From: Styela clava
Taxonomy: Eukaryota
Direction of reading: 5' to 3'
Length of the DNA: 64,000 bases
NCBI RefSeq assembly: GCF_964204865.1
Contig: NC_135260.1
Coordinates: forward strand, 9,982,001 to 10,046,000
The notes below the pieces were generated by a model that made no database searches, was not told the DNA's origin, and was given only the letters and a program-made list of their open reading frames with translations. Both the position numbers and the translations under genes were made by a program. Positions 51,852 to 64,000 of the stretch are shown here, piece by piece; within the stretch, counting starts at the first letter, position 1; each line of letters starts with the position of its first letter.

Positions 51852-53722
51852 TACTTGTAAACATATGGCGAACCTTATTTGAAGTTGAAAGACAAAAGAT
51901 TTGGGAATAAAATCTATCAAACTATGAAATATTAATACGGGATCACGTAAGACAACCACGAACAAATATATCAATTATGAACTGTGTTTTGTGGTTAAAT
52001 ACGTTTAGAAGAATATTACATCAAACATAACCTGATTTAGAAATTGTACCACAAAAATTATAGCCGACTGAAAAACGTATTGGGATTTCACAAATTTCAA
52101 AAACAGTTTTTCCATTCCATTTGTCTGTAATGATCATTCATTCTATAGATTTATTTAATATATATACCCAGGCTATATGCAAATAGTATAAGATGAAATT
52201 CAGATACACTGTGGATCATCAAATTGAACAAACATATCATTATTTTTCCTCTATTATACCGCTCATTACAAAAAGTAAGGCTACGTCTACCGGGATATCA
52301 GGCAACGTTTGGCAAAATGCTTTCTTCTTTTTCGATTTTATATTTTTATTTATCGTACAAAAGCAGTTTTATATTTACATTATGCTTTCGAAGGGAGAAA
52401 AAATATGATGTCGTAACGGAAATATATATTCTCGATTTAGAAGACTTCCAGTGTTCACATATCACAATGCATTACAGAATGTCTAACAAAAGATCGAATT
52501 TCATTTATTCTTGCTTGTACTAAACACACTTCAAGTTCCACTTGACTGGTAATAGGCTGACGGCGCGACAAAATAGTTTCAGGCTTTTTGTGGTCGAAAG
52601 ACGCGCCAGGTGCCAATTTCAATCTCAAGCTCGCTGTTTGTCAATACATCTTTACATTGTTAAAGCTGTGGTCATTAATTTCCTATGTGTAACGTATTAA
52701 TATAAATATTATTTTGTGCCACAAAATGTGTACTATTATTGAGCTTTTTCTCAAATCACATTACACAAGTGGTGTTATAGTTTTGTAGGAAAAAATATTA
52801 TCAAGAATGCATCAAAAGTTGAAATATGTTACAGAAACAAATTGTAAAAATGCCGAAAACAAAATGTGCGAATTTGCACGAACTATTTAAACGGTAATGC
52901 TTTTGTTGATGAAATCATGACTTGTATCATGGACCAAACGTTATACTCTTTGAACCCGCTTCACAGCGAGCGATAAGCTACCCTCAATTCATCAACAAAG
53001 TTGTGTTTACGACTGGCATAAAAATACAAATGACGTCACAAACCAGCTATAAGTTGTTATGTTTATCCACAGCTGAACGTGGATCATTTGTAACCGTGTT
53101 TTATCTTTGGCCAGGGCTTAACAAATTATAATTTCTGAATATACATGCCAGATTTTTCCCGGGTACTGTCACCATAAAATTATACGGTTACATTTACGGG
53201 ACATTTTTCTCAATGTTATAATATTTAGGGTTAGCTTTTCCGGCGTGTCATATCCGATCACAACGAATATTAATTTTACCGCATTCCGGAAAAAACGTAG
53301 CATTCTACGTCACAATCTACTCATGGTCACGCGCATCAGGATATTACTAGTTTCCTTTTCTAAAATTACCCTATATGGGCATCGCTAATGACTCACTAAT
53401 ATAATGACCAGGTAGCATTGTACGTTTGATCGCGCGGCTTTTTCTTTGGAAAAATAAATCATTCTTTTCAAAGTAGTGTCGTAATTCAAGATTAATAAAA
53501 GAAATAAAAAGAGAGAATAATTAGTGGGTTGTGATAGGATGAAGATCAAACGTCAAAAGGAGAAAGGTCCGGTTTAAAAATTTTACCTTTCTAGAGGGTG
53601 AACGAAGATTTGTCAGAAATCCCCCCGTCATTGTACTGAATCTTTATCATCAGAAAAAATGTGATTTAGATAAAATTTAGAATGATCGAGATATTTTTAA
53701 ATATACCTTGCTTACGCTTGTA

Positions 53723-53788
53723 CGTTATCTCGTTATTAAGATAGGATTTACATTTACATATTCATCCTATCCTAATAACGAGATAACG
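53723..53788. repeat. 66-nt near-perfect hairpin (25-bp arms, 16-nt loop)
   Basis: CGTTATCTCGTTATTAAGATAGGAT and ATCCTATCCTAATAACGAGATAACG are 24/25 complementary. Confidence 0.9.
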
Positions 53789-55485
53789 ATCTAACGTTGT
53801 CACGATCCAAATCACATTAAACGTTATCCTGCTTGTAAAAGCAATTGGATTCAAAAGATATAGATATCACTGGAATAGTGGAGAATAGCTTTATTTTATC
53901 AATGCATACGCTAGTGCTAGTGTAAATTTCTAAGACCTTGGTTCATCAGGAACTCCATTCGTTTAGAGTGGGACCTAACCCGAATGTACTATGACCTATT
54001 CGAAAAGATTTTTTGCGTGATTCAGTATACCAATTCAGTTGAATTTGGAACAAATTTAGTTCACGATGCCATGATAACCATGTGCGTTTGTGACTGAATA
54101 TTTTGTTACGTTGCGAAGCAACCGCGAGTGGAGAATATTTCTAATGTTTACCCATGCATAAAAACTACAGTACGATTATAAAAAAAACTACAGCTCGACT
54201 AGTCACCCTAAGTCTCTATATATATTCTGTAAAATGAATATACGGGCCATCAATGGAGTGTGCGTAGTCTTTCCGCAGGTTTTCATAATACAACTCTGCA
54301 CCGTACTCGCGCAGCAGGAGGGCTATTAATTTCCACGGAATAATATCGATTAACGTAACGAGCTCAACCGAAAAGCGTACTTCGCGCGATTTGTGTCAGC
54401 CAGAATTCGTAAAATCAACTACGGACTCACGCGCAATCCAACCTCGCTATATCAAACACTTAAGAGGCAAAGAACGTTTCGCATCCAGCAATGTAGAAAT
54501 TCTGCGACTCGCTCGCTACCTTCATGGGCCTTTGAGAATAGTCGTCAATACTGTCAAAATCTTCAGTGAAAAATGCTACCCTGAGCATGTATTCAGCAAA
54601 CAGTGAACACACGCCTCTATTAAAAAAAACACCAAGACATTAAGATCAAAACTGATTTATTAGTGCGAAGCAGACTTGATAAGGGGAATAAAACTATAGT
54701 ATACGATTCAATGATTTCCACACGCATTAAAAGCGCTTAAAAACATAATCAGCAGAGCAGCTAAGTTACAATAGATAGGCAGACGTCCATAAATAGTAAT
54801 TCGGGACCAAGTACCCGGCGTTGATAAAATGTAAGCTGCAACTCTCACAGTACTTTTCATAAGCAGTTTTGAAACTGACAATAACGAAAACTCAAGTGAA
54901 ACCGCCAAAAAAGGCGCAGTATGCTCTCCAAGGTAGTCTGCTCGAAGACGGTGAAAATATAGGAGGTAGGTACAGTCCTCCATTCCATATGAACTACATG
55001 ATCACGATTAAATAGATATTTTTTCGGAGAAAATCACCTCGTTTTGAAACAAATAAATCATTGTAAGATATCAGTTGGCAAATCAGTGTATGTATGATTC
55101 AAGGCAAGGTAACAAATACGATAAAAACTTAACAGAGACGCAGTAGGTAAAAACATTCTGTACAAAAAAATCAGTTGGATGTCAATGACAACTCCCCACG
55201 TGGAAAGTTATAGTGAACAGGAACACGGCAAACAGAACAAAGGAAAAATTGAGAGGATGGCAAATTGTTCAACTCTAAATGTAGTGGCTAAGCGGCGTTC
55301 TGTACGTACATCAGTCTACGTATATTGGTACAACCCATCCGAAGTTTACGACTATATATCGCTTAATGTCAGCCGAATAAAATTGAATGCGGATCACCGC
55401 TTGAAGAATGTTCCTCCGAGATAAAATAAAAACAAGATAAAAATTTTCTTCATTTTTTCGGTATAACAGTATTCCTTCGGGAACT

Positions 55486-58291
55486 TTAGATATATTCAGC
55501 TGATGAGGGCTTTGGCTTTGGTGGGTTGTATGCGTACGGTCGTCTATCGTCGTCATCATCAGAATTCCAGGATGCACAGCACATAACAGCTCCACCTAAC
55601 ACGCTGATAACCATTGATATCTGGAAAGAAGTAGAAATTGTTATTCTCAAAACTGTACAATGGCGTGGCACAATGGCACAGAGAACTAATGTTGACCCAA
55701 ACTCAGTCAGCAAATATAATATGCAAATCTACTTTTGAGATATTGTACCTGCAATAAGTACGCAAGTACATATTTCAATAGTGTAAGTTACATTATGAAT
55801 AATGAGTTTTCCGACTCGAATATTGTACAAACGACTGATAACTAAAAACCAAGCATGAATTGTATATTTCTCAAGGAGGGAAACTAGTGAAACAAGCAAA
55901 ATCGAGTTACGAATTCACTCGTAATTCTCATAATAAATTAACATTCTTGAAAGACTGACTGATCGTGAACAGGTGAAATGAAGCAGAATAATACTCACCC
56001 ATCCGACAAAAAGAGCTTCGCCATAGACGTATCGAATACCGGACACTGAGGCGATAGGGTCTTGGTAATCTGCTAAGACATTTGCTGCAAACCACGAAAC
56101 CGCAATACCCAGTGACACTCCAGCAATAACATGGCACACACCAGCAATCATGACCTTGAAAATGAATACATTCATCAGAAAGTGTACGAGTTAAAAAATT
56201 AAATTTAACTACTAGAATTACGGTTTATAATCAAAGTTATTTCGAGGACGCAAATTAGTTGATATTGACATCACACGCTTCAGAAATATTGTCAAGTTAT
56301 ATAAGTTTACAATTCAAACATATTTTTCAAGGTTTTTTGACAGTCTTACTGCAAGGCCCGGACATCACGAGAAATTATAACTTATACCTCGTATTTCCAA
56401 CAGCCAATTATGGCACTTCTTGAAAAAACTCGAATTTTGTTTTTTTATGGCAAATAGGAAATTTCTGATTAACATTTCAATACAAAAATTAGACCCAACA
56501 GAATACTAGATTTTGCGTTATATAAAAATAAATATTATCTAATATTCCCAAAAAATATTTCATGTCTAGTGTCCTTACCAACGGATCAAACAGTTTTTTT
56601 TTTTTAAGTGCTATTTAGTGGTAAAAATTTCCCCAAAGTTGGAAATGACAGCAATCTCGTACAAATTTCATGGAACTTTTTGAAATACTGTGAACATAAT
56701 TCATTTCCATTTACAGTAAACCCATTCATTTTCATTGTGACATCATATTAAGTGATTTCACCAGAATTTCACATGACAAAGTGCGTGGGCCCATAAGGCT
56801 TTAGAAACGAAATTCTATCTTTAAAGCACTCCGTCACAAAATTTAGTCATTTTCCGTCAACCATGTCTCGTTTTTATTTCCGCACGAATGGATTACAATC
56901 CGAGAGAATTAACTTGTATTTTACTCTGGTAAGGAAGAGTGAGAGAATTTTCTTTTATATTATTATAACATCAGGAACTAGCCTTTTTTCTTTTCAATGC
57001 GCAGAAATATGCGCAGAAGAAAATTGTTCATATTCAAATGCGCACATTCATTACGTCATAAAATGGAATCTAAATGAGGTTTTGGGCAAATTTGTATAGA
57101 GGAATATTGGTATACAATAGAGAATATCAAAGTTAACGACCCAAAATAGATTTTACTCAACTAATTTACTGTCGCTTATGCTTTTATCATTTAAATGAAA
57201 AATCATATATTATCTTTATAAGTCTAATAGCTGCTAGTTTTAGTGAATTTTAAATATTGACTGTCGTAATAGGACTGGAGCGAAATATTTTAACTTTTTA
57301 AAAATTTTTTTACCATTCTGGCTTTCATTTTAGGGTTGTCTGATGCAACTGTTGTACAATCGAGTCCGAATGTTCCCAGAAGAAGACCAATGAAACCCAT
57401 AGCAATTGCCAAGCATGTCGTAGCTCTTGCACCCTGTTAAATATAAATTATAATACATATGCATTTTCATTCAGAGAAAAAATTGGCGTGAATTGTAGAT
57501 CTTACACCAATGTTTTTGACAAGAACGTTTAAGATTTTATTTTCCCAAAAATACGAATGAGAGAATATTCATAAAACTTTAATCGAAAGTTTGAATAAGT
57601 ACTATTTTCCAATGAAAAATCGTCGTCTGTGGTACAATGTGAAATAACGACGAGCCTGCTGAATTTCAATTTTTCTAGGACGCTTTACACCTACGAAAAA
57701 AAGATATATATACCTGAAGGGGGACGGGCAAACCCAAGAAAAACGAATCGTAGTCGTTGCAAGTCCAATGACCAGTTGCTTGGTGGGTGCACCTCACCCA
57801 TAGACCAGTCGTCCGGATAATTGATTCGATAACCTCACCTTTGAAAATAATCATTTTGAAATAACTATTTTGTTCAATAAAATAAAAATATGGGCTATTG
57901 AAATTATAAGAGATAGGACATTTTATTACAAAACCAGACCACGATAGACGCCATAAAAAATCCTAATCTAGTTTTATTTCATTACTCTTGTAATATTTAC
58001 ATATTTAAAATTTTATGATACAAATAAAAGTGAAGTGATAAAATATAACAGTATTATAATTTTATTGTGACAATTACAAGCCAGGTCGCTAACCATTCGT
58101 AAATAATATTTCGACAAATGTAATTGTCCCAACACTTTGCCGGCATTAACATTTATTTTGAACTCCTAAATAAGATTAATACCTTCTAAATCATTCTTTC
58201 TCCACGACGGCAGAGCACACGTGATGATTGCCATCAACCAACCAATAATAGTGACACCATATCCACAAACTTGAAGAGATCCGTTAACCAT
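55486..58291 (-). CDS. Claudin (classic type), 214 aa, paralog A
   Basis: Exons 58291-58183, 57838-57714, 57433-57314, 56154-55999, 55620-55486 (645 nt). Signature LPSW..GLWVRC..C..YDS, LQGARA, GLDCT, VSWFA, YGEALFVGW, C-terminal EYI PDZ-binding motif. Confidence 0.93.
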
Positions 58292-60606
58292 CTTGAGTTG
58301 TTTTTATAATCTTATAATTGAACTTATAAATTTCTTGTAAAAACGATCACAATTTAAACTAAAAGATTTGTTATAAAATAAGAATGAAATTGTTAATCGT
58401 ACGTTATAACACATTTTAGGTGGGATAAGATTTACTTATTTATCCAGCGTGTAAAAATTGTAAGACTTTCATGTCTAAAAAACGTAGACAATACAAGATC
58501 AAAATGAGATTCATTATATACTGCAAATTATAATTCGTAAACACACAAATCTTAACACAGGTACTTAAAAATCGCAAATCCGTTTCCATCCTTCTACGTA
58601 GGAAGCCTAAGAGCCCCACTCAGCATCGTTGCCTATCAACAACGCCCTAAACTCCTTTGTTACGTCGAATCTTTTTAAGAAAAAAATGTGACGGCAGTAA
58701 TTGTTGTCGACCACGACACACTAAGCAGCACGACCGAGTCTAACTAGACTATATCCAAAAAATGAGACCCCCGTTTCCTTCGGACCCATATAAATAACAA
58801 CAAAAGAGAGTCTCCGATATTCGAGCTATCTCACTCCCCCACAAAGGCCCGGATGACGAAAAGTGAGTCAAGAGGCACACTAGGGTGCTTACAACTTCAT
58901 TAGACCGTAAACTGTTCAATTTCGCAACTCGTACGGTGTCTTTCTCTTCGTTATCTCCGACTAAATTATACCAGTTCGGTCCAGTAATCACATAGAACGC
59001 AAAAAGCTGGTTGGCAGTATACTTGTTATTATTATCATCATTATTACATTCCCCTCTGTGATTGAATAAGTCGATCGCGTTAGCTGCGATATACCACTAT
59101 AGCATTGAATCATGGATGTAGCGTGTCCATGGGCACAATATTGTCATGGCCCAAAATTGACCAAAAGTGCTTTCAGTATAGCTAAAAATCACCATTTGAA
59201 AGTACTATTTTGATATAAGATATTGATAACGATTCTATATTATGATATGCCTTCAATGCGCCCCGCATAAGAAATGATTCAACCCTGATGTTCAATCTTA
59301 TCGATTTCAAAAATGCCGAAAGCCAAACGTTTAAAATTACAATACAACCCATATAAAAACATCGCCTCATCGTACTATCCACTAATACGGTCTAGCTTCT
59401 GGTGCCAGCTTGATGGTCAACCAAGCAACTTATATTTTACGCTATCCACGCAAAATTACGGTTGTTCTGGCAAGACAGCGACGGCAGGATAATGAATACA
59501 ACATACAGTGCCGTACAATTCTTTCTAAAAGCCCAAGCGTGCAGGCAATTTACAGGTAAACACCTTATTTTCAACCGCAGACCGTGTTTTCATTCAAATT
59601 CTAATACAGTAGCCTATATATCACAATAGTGAACTGGTAGAATCATGTTGAGACAGTCAGCTCTCCAGGCCCTGGGCATGGAACATTTCACTGGGAGCAA
59701 AATGCTCTCATACTGACAACTGCTAAGACTAAGCCCAAAGCTCTCTAAACAATGTTTCTCTTCCTGACCGCACATATAAGATGAGAGAGGGATGAATTGG
59801 AGGTCTGCACAAATCGGGACTGCCGTTATTCAATCTATAACATAGGAAATTGTCGCGCCGTTATAAAGCAATTATTATCGCTCCCGTCGTCCTTTTTGTG
59901 TGTTAATACCATCTAAAGCGGTTCAAAGCGAGGTTAATCAAACACAAAACAAAACACTAATGATGTGGAAAACTCCTTTTATTTATTTAAGTAATCAAAG
60001 AGTAAATGAATGATATATCGTACAAGAAAACGCGAAACAAATTCTTAAAATTGGGGCAAATTAATTATGGGAAGTAATAGTCTGGGAAGTAAAATGAACT
60101 AAGCAAAGGCTACCAAGGCTGGCTGAAAATACCGTATGGTTCAGCAGTTTGAGTGATGGTGTGCAAAGTAGCCAAGGGAACGCTCAGCTTGACGTTACAT
60201 CGAAGACTCATGATGCCAATTCAATATCGGATTACGAGTAATCAACACGATCCTCTATTAATTTCCTCTGTCAGCATGAGTACCAGATGAGCAAACCGCA
60301 AACCTCAGCGATGCATTTTCATAAGTCGTTAAACAAAAGAATATATTAAATAGTATTCGAAATGCAGTTTTAATAATTAAACGATATGCTTTTTCAATGT
60401 TGGTTTTATTTCTATACACGGAATACCGATTTCCATAAAACAGAAATATAACACTAAATTCGCTTATAATTTACATTCCATATTTGAATAGAGGTGTAGC
60501 TAATACTAATGTCTATGTGCATTGTAAAAACTGCAAAAAATCCCGGACTTCTTCAATAGTTCATTTATTGTTCAACCAGCACCATTGAGGTCATAAGATT
60601 TGCGCT

Positions 60607-63343
60607 CTACACGTATTCTTGACTATGTTTTGTAGCGGGTGGTCTGTAAGCATATCCTCGGGAATGGTGGTCGTCTTCGCTGTCGTCACAAGATGTACAG
60701 ATAGCCAACAATCCTCCAAGGAAAAGCAGGGCTCCTCCTGCCCAACCCAGAAACAATGCTTCCCCGAACACATTCCTAAATTGCATACATTTTCGATCAA
60801 AATCATGCGTACACCCGTATAGTGCTAGCATACAATACTAAATTATTTTCTTTATTTTGATCTTAAGCTATATATATTACAATAGTATATGCTGACCCGT
60901 AATAAATTTGAAAGTAATTGAAAAAGGTTAGCGTGTTTAAAATTAAGGAATCACGGCAGCACGATTAGAGAGTTTTGACAAATTGTTATTGTTAAAGTCT
61001 TATCACGTTTTCCCCAGACGACAAGTTTTTGGTTCTGACAAATTTTGGTACCAGTTACAAAATTGAATATAAAATTACGACGTAGTCAATTTTTATAAAA
61101 TTAATTACTTTAGTATTCGTCTGGTATGTCCAAATTATATTGAATTAAGCTTTATGAAAGCGAAGAACGAAGGAGACGTGACGCCATTCGAAAAAGAAAA
61201 AAAAATCAAAATAAAGTTAGACTAACGAAAGGTAGGAGATAGGTTCAAATTAACGCGAGTTCAGTAACCCTGTCGCTTTGTGAGGGTTTTGCTTATTCAT
61301 CGGAGATCAGGCGTATTGGGGGATAAAATGACGCCCACACCAGTTGAATTACAGCACACCCAATCACTTTCTTACGTTCTATGCTCAAAATGGCACGAAT
61401 GGATATATGGTCGAAGTCCGAAATCAATAATGGGAAGCCAGTTGTAATAACACAAGGTTGACTATTGATTGTGTTTAAAGATATGGGCACTTGAACAAAA
61501 ATCATTTCAGTATATTACAAATTGGGAATACAGAAAACACTAATGATATTCGATCTCAATTTTACCTATCCTAACCTAACGAAGAGAGTATTATTGGTTA
61601 ACATATAAATCAGGTATCGTCAAATTACGACCAGGATAGACATAGAGATTGAATTCAATTATATATTTTTGATAACGCACATTACCAACGCTTTTCATTT
61701 GTGAAAATTGAATGGAATTTGATTTACCTAGTGACATTGGATCCACCTAGTTTTCTTGCCGTTTCCACATCGTATTCGAGTCTGATTTGATTGGCGTACC
61801 ACGAAGCAGCAGCAATGATACAGAATCCTCCAACAATTGACATCGCGCCTGCCACCATGCGGATACGTCTCTATAAATTAGATTTTAATAAAAAGAAAAT
61901 TATAAAATAGGATGTTAACGTTAGGTAATCAATATTTGATATACCCCGGGGCGTAAAGTAAATTATGTACAACTAGTAATTTTGAAATGAATGAAAAATA
62001 ACGGTTTTATATATGGTTTGAGAAGATAACAATTTATCATTATAATACCAGTTTCGAAAACAAAAAATATTCTCATTAAATATATTTTGCGAAAAATGTA
62101 TTGATATTTCGTCACGTTTGTAAAATGTTTCTAAGAAATGTAAAAGTGACTGATTTTCGAAGAGAAAATTATCATGAATCCACTAAATTTGCTCATTACT
62201 CGTTGCGCGATATATTTTGAACGTATTATTGGAATTCGTGAAATATGGCTACTCTGATATTTTGAGCGAGCTCACCTTCATGTTCTTATTGTCAGATCCA
62301 CATGGTACACTATCCATTCCCAAAACAATTGTAGCTGTTGCAGCAATTCCAAGTAATATAGCGGTCACACCAAACCCTCTAGCTGGAAATGAAATGTTAT
62401 TGATTGTTTATTTACGGTTTCAATAAAAATACAAAAAATTGTTAAAATCCTTTTTTACTGATACTATTGAAGATAGTTTAGGATTATTTTTTAAGTGTAT
62501 ACAATTAAAGCAGACGACGAACCTTTTCTTATGTATTAATTTTTTTTCAATCAATATTTGCAAGAAAAGTTTGTGATAAGGATAACAAAATATATATTTG
62601 TATGACGTTAATCGTTTGTCGATGCCGTTCTTTAAAATAATCTGTGAGATCCGAATTGAAAAAAAATCGATTGAGTTATTAAATATGCATATACCTGCTT
62701 GCAACATAGCTGGAAGTCCAAGAAAAAATTTGTTGAAATCATCACATTCCCAGTTTCCGGTGGAATAAGTCACACATTTCACCCATATTCCTTTATGCTG
62801 TAAATAATTGGTTGAAAAATTAGAAAAAAGTTTGTTGTGTTACTGTTTTCTGATAGTTCATCTAGTCACTATTCAGACAAGTTTTCTTGTGATATAACAC
62901 TTTTGAATTGAATAGGTATAAGGTAATTTGAGTACTCTAGTGTCGAGTTTTCCCTTTGTCCAATTTTAGTCAAAACACACCTCTTATGATATTTGAGTAT
63001 AAAGAATAAGACGTCGATTGAACCGTTTCAAAAATCATTATATTTGGATTTAACATCACAAAATGTAAAATTATATAAGATCAGGTAACAAAAATTTGGA
63101 AATAAGAGAATAGTTATAAAAATTATACTGCGATTCTTCTCCTATTTCAATGGTTCGCTTAATATGAAGAAATGTCTTAATATGAAGAAATGTCTTTATA
63201 TTACCCACCCTTATGATGTTATCATTGACGGTATCTTCAGGATCGTTCTTCTCCCAGTATGGAATTCCTACTGAAATGCATGTCAAGAGACATCCAATTG
63301 CAATACAAATAGTGGAGGCAATCTCAATACCAGAAGCACCCAT
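60607..63343 (-). CDS. Claudin (classic type), 218 aa, paralog B
   Basis: Exons 63343-63209, 62797-62695, 62382-62276, 61870-61728, 60775-60607 (657 nt). IPYW..GIWVKC..WECDDF, LQAARG, ASWYA, FGEALFLGW, C-terminal EYV PDZ-binding motif. Confidence 0.93.
63158..63193. repeat. Perfect 18-bp tandem duplication in claudin B intron 1
   Basis: CTTAATATGAAGAAATGT x2. Confidence 0.9.
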
Positions 63344-64000
63344 TTTGCCTTAGTTAGTTTTTATCAAAATCAAATATATATTTCTTCTCAAATAAACTAT
63401 AAAAGAGAAGAGAAATTGTATTTAAATGTAAATAAACTTGAAAATTTTAAAACTATATAAATAATAAAAAACAACTAATAATAATTATACAAAATATAAA
63501 TATAAAATAGTTTAGTTAGCTTGCTGACTACCTATTTCAGGTCGACTTTTGATTTTTATGTTATGAATGGAATAATTTTGTTTCCAATCATTCTTTGAGA
63601 AGGCCTAATTTTCAAAATCTGACTTCGAAACAAAAATTCTCACATAAGTGGGAGATTTCGTTTAATTTCATTCTGTGAACTTGTTTACTCTTCGAAAAGA
63701 GTTTCTAATCGACGTCGTTGCCAACGCCAGACCAGCAAACACCATTCTAAACACTGTATTCATCGAAATATATTCTCGCTTTCTAAGTGAATTGAATTAT
63801 TGATGCATCATAGGGCATACACCATCATAGTTTATGTTAGAAGGCCTTTTTTCTTTCGAAATGATCATTTCGTAGTATGTTATACACTTTAACAATCATG
63901 GATCTTAGATAAAATACAGGTATACTGTGAGTTTATTCATCGCCCATACTAGTTCAATATTTCTCTAAGAATGAGTGCGGAAACAGGAGAAAAGATGCCT

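Overview
AT-rich, intron-containing animal genomic DNA. An ascidian/tunicate origin is most consistent (inferred from a multi-LDLa GPCR lacking LRRs, vertebrate-type claudins and compact GT-AG introns). Most entries in the six-frame ORF track are exon fragments or noise. Hand-splicing gives seven frame-consistent gene models: (1) + 2621-11347, 12 exons, ~909 aa, two cold-shock-like OB folds, an Egalitarian/LIN-66-like winged helix and a C-terminal ACT-like region; (2) - 18061-15196, ~815 aa RXFP/LGR-type GPCR with ~9 LDLa modules and no LRRs; (3) + 22697-35726, CD225/dispanin membrane protein with a 10.7 kb intron; (4) - 47541-39150, 15 exons, ~684 aa secreted TSP1-trefoil-TSP1-EGF-ZP protein with no membrane anchor; (5) + 50552-51851, basic orphan with PP1-docking-like motifs; (6,7) two tandem minus-strand claudins whose four introns all lie at different positions. 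Non-coding DNA holds non-autonomous hAT elements (two with perfect 8-bp TSDs, each nested in the same Helentron/HINE-like host family), pogo/Tc-type MITEs, a tRNA-derived SINE family, foldback elements, a piggyBac-like relic and a 66-nt near-perfect hairpin. No rRNA, intact tRNA or CRISPR array was seen. Domain calls are by eye and need HMM or structure confirmation.
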